Shown: positions 26,287-35,662 of the stretch, piece after piece
Layout of the letters: each line of letters begins with the position of its first letter
How positions within the stretch are numbered: the first letter of the stretch is position 1
Origin: an uncultured Ruficoccus sp.
Lineage (GTDB): Bacteria > Verrucomicrobiota > Verrucomicrobiia > Opitutales > Cerasicoccaceae
DNA: 64,000 nucleotides
Reading direction: 5' to 3'
Assembly: GCA_965140785.1 (NCBI GenBank)
Contig: OZ223475.1
Location: 64,001 to 128,000, forward strand
Position numbers and translations under genes: made by a program
Notes under the pieces: generated by a model
Seen by the model: only the letters and a program-made list of their open reading frames with translations
Told to the model about the DNA's origin: nothing
The model's database searches: none

Positions 26287-27494
26287 TTAGTTGGATTCTT
26301 CGAATCGAGACTCTGCCAATTGTCGATAAACGCCTCCCGATTGTTTGATTGCGTTTCCTACGAGCTTGTGGAGTGAGTGTAAAAAAGCCCGGGCGTCATG
26401 GCTCATTGCTGACGAAAACATCGGAGCTGCGTTGGTGTAGATACCTTCAATCTCGTTTGCTCGTTCGATACTCGATCCACGTCCTACATAGTCGTAGGCC
26501 TTGCTCCAATCGGTTCGATGTAAGTCTGCAAGTCGTTCCTCGGCTAAATCGTGGACGGCGGTAAATACTGTCTGCCGAATCAAGCTCAGAGCCTTTCCTC
26601 GTTCCTCATCATCCTTTGGTGGTCGATTCCACTCAGTCGGATTTTCGAGCCATTGGGAAATATTCTCTTGAAGCCTTGCGACAAGGTCCGCCACTGGACG
26701 CATGTCATCATATTCGTTTGACCAAGCCATCGCAAATCTACGTGTAAGAGCCTTCACTCGCGTCCAGTGCTCCTTGGCAATACCGTCATGATAAGAGATC
26801 CCGAGACGGGCACGCCATGGCTGCTGAAATCCAGTAATTGCGTCTCGTAATGCGATTTCTAGCCCTTCGCCACTATATGCTGGTATGAGGTCAACTGGTT
26901 CAATGGGAGCTCCAGAATCTTGCATTAATCGCATTAACTGTTGTAGCTGGTCACGAAACCCTTTGGGTATTTGATATATTTCTCGATCCAGACCTCCGAG
27001 GAAAAACGCAGACAGTTCAATGCGGTTTTCAAGCATGGTGGTTACGGTAGCACCTATCACTTGTTTCAGGCTCCCTAAGCCGTTTCGAACAGAGCTGAGA
27101 ACATGGTCACATTTTAGGGCATGGCTCCCCAAATTCGATCCTCTGACTAAATCAAAGTGAGTAAATGCTACGGCTAATTTGCTTGAATTTCCACTGCTCC
27201 CAATTGATCGGATAAGTTCAAGGGGGGCCGCCTGCATGGGTTGCTCGGCGTTATCAACAAGAAGTATAAGGTCTACGTTCGCGAAACGTCTGGTAACTCG
27301 GGTTGACACACTGGTTGCAGACTTGGCTGCGTGTCCAATGCCTTCGCCGTCGAGCAAAACAAGACGTGGGGCAATTTTGAGTTCTTCTAGGGCAGGAAAA
27401 AATGCCCCTTTCACTCGCACCCCATCGACTAAGGGAGTTAATAGGCGTCCAAATTGTTGATGATGATTGCTTGAGAACCAACGGATTTGCCTAA
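26287..27494 (-). pseudogene. 3' part of a dynamin-like/P-loop GTPase gene, 5' end lost at the IS boundary
   Basis: G3-like LVLLDGEG, DLILLVD, G4-like VAFTHFD, helical C-terminus; no G1 motif and the ORF runs into the IS end at 27495; low GC. Confidence 0.7.
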
Positions 27495-27502
27495 TGACCT
27501 GC

Positions 27503-28482
27503 CTACGCAAACTGTACCGCATTGAGAGTTAGTCTGAGCGGGTTAATGATGTGATTTAGGGTTAGGTTGTAGAGGGTGTCAAGGCTTGGGCGGAAGGAGG
27601 GCGTAGCCCGAGTGTAGCCCATGCCTTGGAAGTTGATGTCGAAGGGGGTTGGTGCGGTTTCTTTGGCTGCAAACTCCAGTGGTGTGAGCAGTCCGAGTGA
27701 ACGGTGGGGTCGGATGTTGTTGTACTTCCATCGCCAGTCCTCGATGACGACGCGTGCCTCGGTGAGCGTATAAAACCACTCGCGGTGAGGCACTCATCGC
27801 GGAGTCTGCCGTTGAAGGATTCTATGTAGCCGTTCTGCCAGGGACTGCCCGGCTCAATGTAGAGCGTCTTGATCTCCTCGTCCGCGTACCATTTACGCAG
27901 GCTCTTCTCGATAAACTCGCTGCCGTTGTCGCTACGGATGTGCTCGGGGCTGCCGTAGGCACTGATCAACTCGCTCATGACGGCTCGCACCTTGGCGGCG
28001 TTGAGGTGGCGATCGACGTGGATGCACAGGCACTCACGGGTGTACTCATCGAGTACCGTGAGCATGCGGATTGATCCGCCCTTAGCCGTACGGTCGGCCA
28101 CGAAGTCGCAGGTCCACACGTGGTTGCGATGAGTAGCCTTTGTCGGTAAGCCCGTCGAGGGGCCGCGCCGACGCTGACGAGGCTTCTTAGTCGGACACTT
28201 CAGCCCCATCTCCTGGCGCAGGCGCTGCACCAGCCGCTTACCTACGTCCCAACCATCGCGCTTGAGTAGATGAGTGATTTTCGGGTAACCCAGCTCGGGA
28301 TGCGCTTCGCTCTTGCGACGCAAAGCCCCACGTAACTTTGCCAACCAGGGCGTAGTCTCCTTCGCCTGATAGCCGAAGGTACTGCGATGCAACCCAAAGT
28401 GACGGCAGGCCGCCCGCGCTGAACATCTGCCCTGCGACACCAGAGTTTGCGCCATCTCGCGCTTGTGTGCAGGGCTTACCAT
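27503..28482 (-). pseudogene. IS3 transposase OrfB (DDE integrase core), frameshifted near the C-terminus
   Basis: WTCDF, DEYTRECL, IRSDNGSEF, PGSPWQNGYIESFNGRLRDECL; continuation REWF...YNNIRPHRSLG is in another frame (apparent 1-bp loss near 27786). Confidence 0.85.
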
Positions 28483-28742
28483 TTTTTTTCGAGCGCCTCC
28501 TTCAGCAGCTCCTTACCAAGTATCTCGTCCGCCAGCATACGCTTCAGCCGAGCGTTCTCCTTTTGCAGTTCCTTCAGTTGCTTGGCCTGATCGACTTCCA
28601 GCATCCCAAGCTCCCGCTTCCAGCGGTGGAACGTCTGCTCGCTGATCCCTGCCTCGCGGCAGACATCCACGATCGCTCTGCCAGCATCAGCGGCGCGTAA
28701 AATGCGGATTTTTTGCTCTGTACTGTATCGCTTGCCTTTCAT
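28476..28742 (-). CDS. IS3 transposase OrfA
   Basis: MKGKRYSTEQK...VCREAGISEQTFHRWK...LKELQKENARLKRMLAD; A8 slippery run at the orfA/orfB junction. Confidence 0.93.
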   Translation of the reverse strand: MKGKRYSTEQKIRILRAADAGRAIVDVCREAGISEQTFHRWKRELGMLEVDQAKQLKELQKENARLKRMLADEILGKELLKEALEKKW

Positions 28743-28808
28743 CGTCTGAGTCCTTTCTAAGCACTCAGACTAACTTTGCAAGCGGCTCAGTTTAAGTGGA
28801 CACGGTCA

Positions 28809-29036
28809 GGTTTGAGTGGCCTGACAAAGCTGCGCCACTTGCGGGCGCACAATAACCAGCTCACTGCCGAGGCCATCGACGCCGTGCTCATCCAACTGGC
28901 CGGTTCGACCACCGCCACCAATGGCCAGCTCAATTACTCCGGCAATCCCGGCTCGGCCAACAACCTGCGCTCCACCGAAGCCGCCGCCGCGAAAACGACC
29001 CTCACCAGCACCAAGAAGTGGACCATCACCGTTTAA
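28809..29036 (+). pseudogene. 3' fragment of a prophage gene with a leucine-rich-repeat-like unit
   Basis: GLTKLRHLRAHNNQLT (LxxLxxLxxxxNxL); frame begins at the IS end. Confidence 0.6.
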
Positions 29037-29040
29037 CAGT

Positions 29041-29307
29041 ATGAGCACTCCCGACGAATCGCAACCGGTCCATGTGGCCGAAGCTCCCGCCGCCGATCAG
29101 CCCATCTGGCGCTGCGTCCACGACGGCACTGACCTGATCGCGGCCTTCGAGACTACCGGCCAGACCGAATCGGTTTACGAGATCGTGGACTTTGACACGC
29201 AGGAGGAGATGGAGGCGGCCATCGACGCACTCGGCCTTACGGTCGATCCCGACATCTACATCCGTCCCGACACCAACAACCAAACGCCCCATCGCCATGC
29301 CCGATAA
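29041..29307 (+). CDS. Hypothetical phage protein (88 aa, acidic)
   Basis: ATG 4 bp after the previous stop; fits the compact operon. Confidence 0.65.
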   Translation: MSTPDESQPVHVAEAPAADQPIWRCVHDGTDLIAAFETTGQTESVYEIVDFDTQEEMEAAIDALGLTVDPDIYIRPDTNNQTPHRHAR

Positions 29308-29674
29308 CACCATCACCGCCGAGCAAGCCGTCCTGAGCGGCGGCATCCAAGTCAACGTCAACCACATGGACGGCGCTTGCGAGGTCGTCACCGTTCGGCT
29401 GTTGAAGATCCGGGAGTTCCCCGATTACCTGCGCCTGGTCGATCAGGAGGAACGCTTGGCCGAGTTCCTCTGCAATCAGCCCGAGGGCTGGGCCGACACG
29501 CTCACGGTGGATTCGCTCTTGGATATCTGCGAACAGGGCCACGGGATAAATTTCAGGAATGCCTGCCGCTGGGGCGAGCGGCGGGCGCAGGTCAACGAGG
29601 CGCTGCTTCCCATCGCCGCCAGCGGCAAAGCGGTGGCGCAACAGTTCCCGCAAGTGTCGGGGCAGCGAACGTAG
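29297..29674 (+). CDS. Putative tail assembly chaperone
   Basis: 125 aa, two genes upstream of tape measure; VTVRLLKIREFP...WADTL...GINF..RWGERR. Confidence 0.6.
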   Translation: MPDNTITAEQAVLSGGIQVNVNHMDGACEVVTVRLLKIREFPDYLRLVDQEERLAEFLCNQPEGWADTLTVDSLLDICEQGHGINFRNACRWGERRAQVNEALLPIAASGKAVAQQFPQVSGQRT

Positions 29675-30036
29675 TGAGCGATGGGGCAGCGCCCCATTAC
29701 GGTGCGTCAGCACCGAGAGTGCAGAGCCTCGCTCTGCTTTGTGCTGAGTGCGCCTGCATGCTCGGAAAAGGCGTAGCCGAAATCGCCGCCACGCTGTCCC
29801 TGCCGGAGGTGCTCTTATTAATCCGCAAGGATCAAGAACGACGAATGGAATCCCTGCGTTGGCATACCCAGTCCCGTACCTTGGCCGCATCCGCCATCTG
29901 GAGCAAACCCGCCGCGCAGGCCCTCGGGCGCTTCGAGCGATCGCTGCGTATTGACAAATCAACGACGGAAACCAAACCCGCCAACCTGCACCGTCTCTAT
30001 GGCGGCGCGGGTGTGCCCGTTCAACCTTTGCCGTAA
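29674..30036 (+). CDS. Putative second tail chaperone ORF (GT-like)
   Basis: GTG overlaps the upstream TAG; lies in the -1 frame of the upstream gene; directly precedes tape measure; ATG 29758 is an alternative start. Confidence 0.5.
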   Translation: MSDGAAPHYGASAPRVQSLALLCAECACMLGKGVAEIAATLSLPEVLLLIRKDQERRMESLRWHTQSRTLAASAIWSKPAAQALGRFERSLRIDKSTTETKPANLHRLYGGAGVPVQPLP

Positions 30037-30042
30037 ATTTTT

Positions 30043-32307
30043 ATGGATTCCCGCGTCAGTGTCCTGATTGATATCCGCTCCAAGCTTGCTGGCTTGGAAC
30101 AGGCCACGGCAGGCTTTGGGCGGCTGATCAAAGGAGTGGCCGGTTTTGCCGCCGCCTACCTCTCGGCCCGCACGGTTATCAACGGTGCCCGCGACATCAT
30201 CAAGCTGGGCGCAGACATGGACCACCTCCACAGCCAGACGGGAGTGGCGGTCAAAGACCTGATCATTCTGCGCCAGGCCTTCGAAGACAACGGCATCAGC
30301 GCCGACAACTCCCGGCTCGCGATCAACAAGATGCAGAAGTCCCTCGTGGAGGCGTCCGAGGGCTTGCAGGAACCGGTCAAGGCGTTCGATGCGCTCGGGC
30401 TCTCCTACGAGGAACTTTTAGAGAAGAGCCCGACCGAACAGTTCAGCGAGATCGGTAATGCCATCCGGGCCATCGAAGACCCGGCGGAACGCTCGGCAGC
30501 GGCGATGCGGATTTTCGGACGGGCCGGGGCTGAACTGCAAAGTCTGTTTGTCTCCGGCGACATCGACGACGTGGCCCGTTCGCTCGGATCCATGCCGGAG
30601 GTGATGGAGCGTAACGCCCGGCAGTTTGAGCGGATCGACACGCTGATGGGCCGCATCCCCAACAAGTCGCGGCAACTCTTCGCCGGGATCGGGGATATGT
30701 TGGCGGACGAATTGCTGGGGCCGCTGGAAACGCTCAACTCGATTGACCTGACAGCGGCGGGCCAGCGCATCGGGGCCTTTCTCGACCTGACCCTGGAATC
30801 CTTCCGCGGCGGCACCTTTGCGCAGTTCATCGGACTTTCCATCGAAGCGGGCTTCGAGATGGGGACGGAAGCAGCCCAACGCATGATTGACGATGCGCTC
30901 TCGTGGCTGGGCGAAGATGGCGACGGTTGGAAAGTCGTCCTGAACGGCGTCATGACCTTCGGCACCAAAGCGGCCACCAGTTTGGTCGACTTGCTGGAAA
31001 CGCCGGTGGTCTGGCTCTCGGCTGGGTTTCGGAAGATCGGCTCCGAGGCTCGGGTGATCTTTGAAGAGGCCGTCAATCTCTTGGGCCGAGCCTTTTCCGC
31101 TGTCCTCAATGCGATCACCGCCGGTTTCGAGAACCTGCTCAACGGCGTGATCGAACGGGTCAACGCCATCACCGCCGCGCTGCCGTTTACGGACGGTACG
31201 CAGATTGGAACGGTCAGTTTTGGCCGTGTAGATTGGGGCAACAGCGTTGTCGAACCGGCGCGGGAGTTTAACGACCTCTTGGCCGAACAGCGCGAGGGGG
31301 TGGCGGAACTCTCCGACCTCATCCGCGACCAGTTGAATGCCAACCTCGACGCCAGCCGGGAAATACTCGGGCTGTCCGCCGATGAGTCCGAGCGCGACCT
31401 GAGCGCCGCCGAGCGCCTGAACGCGCTCATTGAGGAGCGCATCGCCTTGCGCGAGCAACGTGCCGTTGCATCCGATGAGGGGCAGAGCCCCTACGCGACT
31501 GCGTCGCTACCCCAGGATGATTTACCCTTCACCAGCCAGATGGAGGCGCTCGAATCCACCGCGACCAGTACCTTCAGCAATATCAACAGCGCCCTGCAAT
31601 CGGGTCTGTCCAGCAGCATGGAAGGGCTGATCACGCGCACCCAGACCTGGCAGGGCGCGCTCACCAATGTCACCACCACCATTCGCGGATCATTGATTCA
31701 GTCTTTTACTCAGATGGCGACAAGCTGGATTGCCGAGCGTCTGCGCATGTTCGTCATGGGCGAATCCTTGAAGCAGGCCGACACGACGAGCACAGTAGCC
31801 CAAGAGGCGGTCAAGCAGACCGCGATGGGGCCGACTGCCATGCTCGCCTCCATCGGCTCATGGGGGTCCGCCGCCATCATCGGAGCTGCTGTGCTGACCG
31901 CTGTGATGGCCTCGGTCGGCGGCTTTGCTGAAGGGGGCTACACGGGCTTGGGCGGTGAATATGAACCGGCGGGCATCGTCCACCGTGGCGAGTTCGTGGT
32001 GCCAGCCGACGTGGTTGCCCGGCAAGGACCGGCCTACTTTGACAACCTCGTAGGACAGTTGCGGGTGAACCGGCCCACATTCCCGAGCCTGCCTCCTGAA
32101 AGCTGGTCCAGCCAGACCTTTGCCGAGGGCGGCTTCGCAGACAGCATGACCTCGACACCTACGCAGTCGCAGGCGAGTGGCCAAGTGAACATCGCCGTGA
32201 CCGGCACCCGCAATGATCTGCGCCGTTTCCTCGAAACTGCCGAGGGCGAAACCGCCGTCCTCGACATCATGACCCGCAACAAACTCAGGCTGGGGATACC
32301 GGGGTAA
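30043..32307 (+). CDS. Phage tail tape measure protein
   Basis: 754 aa, Ala/Gly-rich helical; AAAMRIFGRAGAEL; C-terminal GFAEGGYTG...PAGIVHRGEFVVP. Confidence 0.9.
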   Translation: MDSRVSVLIDIRSKLAGLEQATAGFGRLIKGVAGFAAAYLSARTVINGARDIIKLGADMDHLHSQTGVAVKDLIILRQAFEDNGISADNSRLAINKMQKSLVEASEGLQEPVKAFDALGLSYEELLEKSPTEQFSEIGNAIRAIEDPAERSAAAMRIFGRAGAELQSLFVSGDIDDVARSLGSMPEVMERNARQFERIDTLMGRIPNKSRQLFAGIGDMLADELLGPLETLNSIDLTAAGQRIGAFLDLTLESFRGGTFAQFIGLSIEAGFEMGTEAAQRMIDDALSWLGEDGDGWKVVLNGVMTFGTKAATSLVDLLETPVVWLSAGFRKIGSEARVIFEEAVNLLGRAFSAVLNAITAGFENLLNGVIERVNAITAALPFTDGTQIGTVSFGRVDWGNSVVEPAREFNDLLAEQREGVAELSDLIRDQLNANLDASREILGLSADESERDLSAAERLNALIEERIALREQRAVASDEGQSPYATASLPQDDLPFTSQMEALESTATSTFSNINSALQSGLSSSMEGLITRTQTWQGALTNVTTTIRGSLIQSFTQMATSWIAERLRMFVMGESLKQADTTSTVAQEAVKQTAMGPTAMLASIGSWGSAAIIGAAVLTAVMASVGGFAEGGYTGLGGEYEPAGIVHRGEFVVPADVVARQGPAYFDNLVGQLRVNRPTFPSLPPESWSSQTFAEGGFADSMTSTPTQSQASGQVNIAVTGTRNDLRRFLETAEGETAVLDIMTRNKLRLGIPG

Positions 32308-32316
32308 GGGATGCTC

Positions 32317-32353
32317 TTGACATTCTGCATGTTCTTACTAATGTAATAACATG
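32317..32353 (+). promoter_or_regulatory. Sigma70-like promoter with overlapping inverted-repeat operator (probably leaderless mRNA)
   Basis: TTGACA-16 nt-TAATGT, ATG 6 nt later; CATGTTCTTAC-TAAT-GTAATAACATG inverted repeat. Confidence 0.6.
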
Positions 32354-32581
32354 CTTATTGAATCCAAAACCCGCAAAGTGGGCAATTCCGTCGGTCTGAT
32401 TCTGCCCAAAGAAGCGCTTTCCCGCATGAATTTGCGCGAGGGGGAATCGGTGTATCTGACCGAAACCTCCGATGGCGGTTTTCGGATCACTCCCTACGAC
32501 CCGGAATTCAACAAGCAGATGGAAGCCGCCGAGTCGGTGATTCACCGCTACCGGAACACCCTGCGGGAACTGGCGAAATGA
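32351..32581 (+). CDS. AbrB/MazE/SpoVT family antitoxin
   Basis: RKVGNSVGLILPKE...LREGESVYL...YRNTLRELAK. Confidence 0.92.
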   Translation: MLIESKTRKVGNSVGLILPKEALSRMNLREGESVYLTETSDGGFRITPYDPEFNKQMEAAESVIHRYRNTLRELAK

Positions 32582-32964
32582 CGGCCCCCGTCTGGCTGCA
32601 AAAGGTTGTCATTTTTGCCCTGCATGATCGCCTTTTAGCCGAATTCGGTGGCGGTGCAGGGATACGCGACGTGGAACGGCTTGAGGCTGCCTTGGGGCGT
32701 CCGATGCAGTGCTTTCACTATGGCGTGACGGACATGCACGCCTTAGCCGCCTCTTACGCCACCGCGATTGTTCAGGGGCATCCGTTTATTGATGGCAACA
32801 AACGCACGGGCTTTGTCTGCGCGGTTGTTTTTCTGGAACTGAATGGGTGGACCTTTACGGCCACTGAACAGGATGCGGTTGTTCAGACTTTGGCGCTGGC
32901 AAGTAGCGAAGTGGGAGAGGAGCAATTCGCGGACTGGTTGAGGCAAAACTCATCCCGCATCTGA
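32578..32964 (+). CDS. doc: Death-on-curing (Doc) family Fic toxin
   Basis: HPFIDGNKRTG Doc motif, GIRD..LEAAL.RP; ATGA overlap with the antitoxin. Confidence 0.93.
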   Translation: MTAPVWLQKVVIFALHDRLLAEFGGGAGIRDVERLEAALGRPMQCFHYGVTDMHALAASYATAIVQGHPFIDGNKRTGFVCAVVFLELNGWTFTATEQDAVVQTLALASSEVGEEQFADWLRQNSSRI

Positions 32965-32987
32965 TCGGTTGACAGCTCCGGTTATGC

Positions 32988-34187
32988 ATGCCGGAAACGA
33001 TCGATAGCCACACGCTGATTCCCTTTTCGCCGGACTGGTCGTTTGCGGTCAAGCATAGGCAAGCGCACCGCTCGTCGGTGGCGGAGGGGGTGACCGGACT
33101 GGAGGAACGGGCGGCGTGGTTCACGCAGCCGCGCCGAAGCGGCAACTACACCATCGCCACCGACACCGCCGCCCGGACCTTCGCGGTGGAGGAAACGCTC
33201 CGGGTTGCGCAGGAGTCGGCCAAGGGCGCCGTGCCCCGGTGGGGGAGGGAGCAGATTGTCGCGCAGGTTTCCGGGCAAATTGTCACCCTTGAACGTGCTG
33301 CCGCCAACATGGCTGCGGGGCAATGGGTGGGGACGGCGAAACCCTTCGGGGATATCACCGCCGCCGCCAAGATCGCTTCAGTGTCCGGTCCGGTGCTCAC
33401 GTTGGAGGAAGCGCTCCCGTGTGTGGCGGGTGACATACTTGTGCCTGTCGATCTGAGCCGGATTGAGTCGGTGGATACCGAACTGCTTGGCGGCAGTGGC
33501 CGGGCCTTTGAAATCAACTTCAAAGGGGCGACACCGATGGAGGTGATCAATGCGGCATTTGTCTTTACCGAAACCGACACGGAAAGCAACTGGCTTTCGA
33601 TCCTCGCCAACCTTTACTTTCTGTTCTTCATCGACACCTCGGGCAGCATGAACGCGGACGTGCCCAACGTCACCGCTGCCGCCAACGACCTGAAAGTGCT
33701 CCTGCGCGATGTGATTTACGGGGGCGATCAGGAGAAGGCCGATCATTTTGTGCGTGTCCAGAACTGGTCGAGCGAGCGCTGGCTGGACCGACTGGCAACC
33801 CACGTCTCCGGCGAGGAAGCCGCCCGCTATGTTTCGCTCGCCTTCATCAACGAGGCCCGCAGTGGCTACCACCGAGTGCCCCGTGTCCCGGAAAACGAAC
33901 CGACCAGTTCCTTCACGACCGATTACAATAACTTTCAGGCCGAGTTTGCCCGACGTGAGTTCTCGCGCTGCAAAGTCTATTCGGTCGATCCGACTGCCAG
34001 CAGTTGGGAAGACGACAATGAAGCCTTCAATGCTCACCTGGCCGCCGCTATCACGGGCGCGGAAAACTATGCCGCCCTCGGCCCGGCCCTGTCCACGCAG
34101 TATGTCCTCTACGAAGTTGCCATCCCTTCGGGGCGCACGGCGCAGACCTACCTCAACGATATCTTCACCCTGCTCGGCCTGCGATGA
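32988..34187 (+). CDS. Phage tail protein with C-terminal vWA-like domain
   Basis: N-terminus PDWS...GLEER..W..PRR resembles distal-tail proteins; FFIDTSGSM MIDAS motif in the second half. Confidence 0.65.
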   Translation: MPETIDSHTLIPFSPDWSFAVKHRQAHRSSVAEGVTGLEERAAWFTQPRRSGNYTIATDTAARTFAVEETLRVAQESAKGAVPRWGREQIVAQVSGQIVTLERAAANMAAGQWVGTAKPFGDITAAAKIASVSGPVLTLEEALPCVAGDILVPVDLSRIESVDTELLGGSGRAFEINFKGATPMEVINAAFVFTETDTESNWLSILANLYFLFFIDTSGSMNADVPNVTAAANDLKVLLRDVIYGGDQEKADHFVRVQNWSSERWLDRLATHVSGEEAARYVSLAFINEARSGYHRVPRVPENEPTSSFTTDYNNFQAEFARREFSRCKVYSVDPTASSWEDDNEAFNAHLAAAITGAENYAALGPALSTQYVLYEVAIPSGRTAQTYLNDIFTLLGLR

Positions 34188-35662
34188 CCTACCTCGACAT
34201 CCCTGTCTTTCCGCTGGTGGCCGACTTGGGCGAGTCGGTGCGCCGGGTCCTGAACTACGAGCCGGAAGTCACCGACATCGGCTTTGGGGCACAGCCGGCT
34301 ATGCCGGTGCAGGCCAGCACGCAGGAGCGCCTGCAAATCGCCACCGTCGCCCCGGACGCCGATACCCTCGATGCGGTGGAGGCGTTCTTTGCGGCCCGCA
34401 GCGGACGCTTCAAAGCCTTCTGGCTGGCGACCGGCGCAGAGGATGTGACCGTGCTATGTGCGTCGGAATCGGCCACCGTGTTCATTGAAGCGTCCACCTT
34501 TTCCGACTGGTCGCACCTGAAAGGAAAACACCTCGCGTTCTGTTCGTTGGATGGTCAATGCCTGTTTCGGAAAATCCTGCTCGTCGAAGGGACCGCGTTT
34601 GCCACGCGCTCACAGGTCACTCTCGACGGAGCCTTGCCCGCGAACGCGGATTGCTGGCAGGTCTCACGCCTGCTTCTCGTGCGGCTCTCCAGCGACGAAA
34701 TCGAATACGACTTCGAGGCCGACAATCACGCCCGTATCCGCTTCACCGGTATCGAACTGCCCGAGGAGTATGCCGCTCCCAACGCGCTGGCCACCCGCCG
34801 CCCGGTCTATCTCTACCGCATCACCCGCCGTTACGGGGTGCGCGATATTTACTCGCTCCACCTCACCAGCCACGACACGCCCGTCAACAGCGGCGTTATC
34901 TGGCAGCCGGTCCCTATCGACCACAACGGCCTGTCTGTTTCCACCGAGGGCGACGCGGACAAGCTCAACCTCGAACTCTTCGCTTGGGAGGGCAATCCGT
35001 TTGAGGACTGGCTCCCCATCCACATCGGCCAGCCCACCGGCATCGTCTTGAGTCTCGCTCATGTCAATGAAGCGACCGGCCTCGTGCTGGAAGCCCCGAC
35101 CATCCTGTTCCGGGGCATCATCGAATCTGTCACCAGGCAGGGCTACACACTGAAAGCCAAGGCGGTCAGCCCGCTCGCTTACGGCGAAAAGCGTGTCCCG
35201 CGCTTCTACCTCCAAACCCGCTGCAACTACCAGCTCTTCGACGGCTCCACCTGCCGAGTGCCCTCGGCCACGTATCGTCTGATCGGCACCATTGAGGCCA
35301 TCGACACGGACGGGGGGAGTATCGACTTCGAGTCCGTTTCCCTCGCGGACAAGACCGCCGATTGGCTGGCAGGCGGCTATATCGAAATCGGCACCGCCCC
35401 GCAGGTCGAAGTCCGCACCATCCGATACGCCGAAGCGTTGTCCGAAACCCGCCATCGGCTTTACCTCAACGCCTCTCTGCGCACGTCGCAAGTGGCTGAC
35501 GCCTGCTCGGCCTGGCCTGGCTGTGACCGCACCCCCGATTGCTGCCGTCAGCGATTTGACAACTTCGTCAATTACGGTGGCCACCCGTTCATCCCCTACG
35601 AAAACCCGACCCTCAAAGCCATGTCCCTCGCAAACACTGCCTCCTCTGGAGGCAAGAAATGA
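34184..35662 (+). CDS. DUF2163 / phage BR0599 family tail-tip (hub) protein with N-terminal extension
   Basis: CNYQLFDGSTC and WPGCDRTPDCCRQRFDNFVNYGGHPFIP; N-terminal FFAARSGRFKAFW. Confidence 0.85.
   Translation: MTYLDIPVFPLVADLGESVRRVLNYEPEVTDIGFGAQPAMPVQASTQERLQIATVAPDADTLDAVEAFFAARSGRFKAFWLATGAEDVTVLCASESATVFIEASTFSDWSHLKGKHLAFCSLDGQCLFRKILLVEGTAFATRSQVTLDGALPANADCWQVSRLLLVRLSSDEIEYDFEADNHARIRFTGIELPEEYAAPNALATRRPVYLYRITRRYGVRDIYSLHLTSHDTPVNSGVIWQPVPIDHNGLSVSTEGDADKLNLELFAWEGNPFEDWLPIHIGQPTGIVLSLAHVNEATGLVLEAPTILFRGIIESVTRQGYTLKAKAVSPLAYGEKRVPRFYLQTRCNYQLFDGSTCRVPSATYRLIGTIEAIDTDGGSIDFESVSLADKTADWLAGGYIEIGTAPQVEVRTIRYAEALSETRHRLYLNASLRTSQVADACSAWPGCDRTPDCCRQRFDNFVNYGGHPFIPYENPTLKAMSLANTASSGGKK

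Larger units (their letters stand above)
27495..28808 (-). mobile_element. IS3-family insertion sequence (IS407-group-like), 1314 bp
   Basis: Imperfect terminal IRs TGACCGTGTCCACTTAAACTGAGCCGC...AGTTAGTCTGAG and TGACCTGCCTACGCAAACTGTACCGC...AGTTAGTCTGAG; orfA/orfB; no flanking target duplication. Confidence 0.93.

Noticed and set aside
30405..31458. Two ~345-aa minus-strand ORFs
   Set aside because: Antisense shadows of the tape measure gene
32969..32990. TTGACA 13 nt before the tail gene ATG, with another GGTTGACA near 38168, as possible phage late promoters
   Set aside because: Spacing to the start differs between the two and no -10 element is evident; too weak to call
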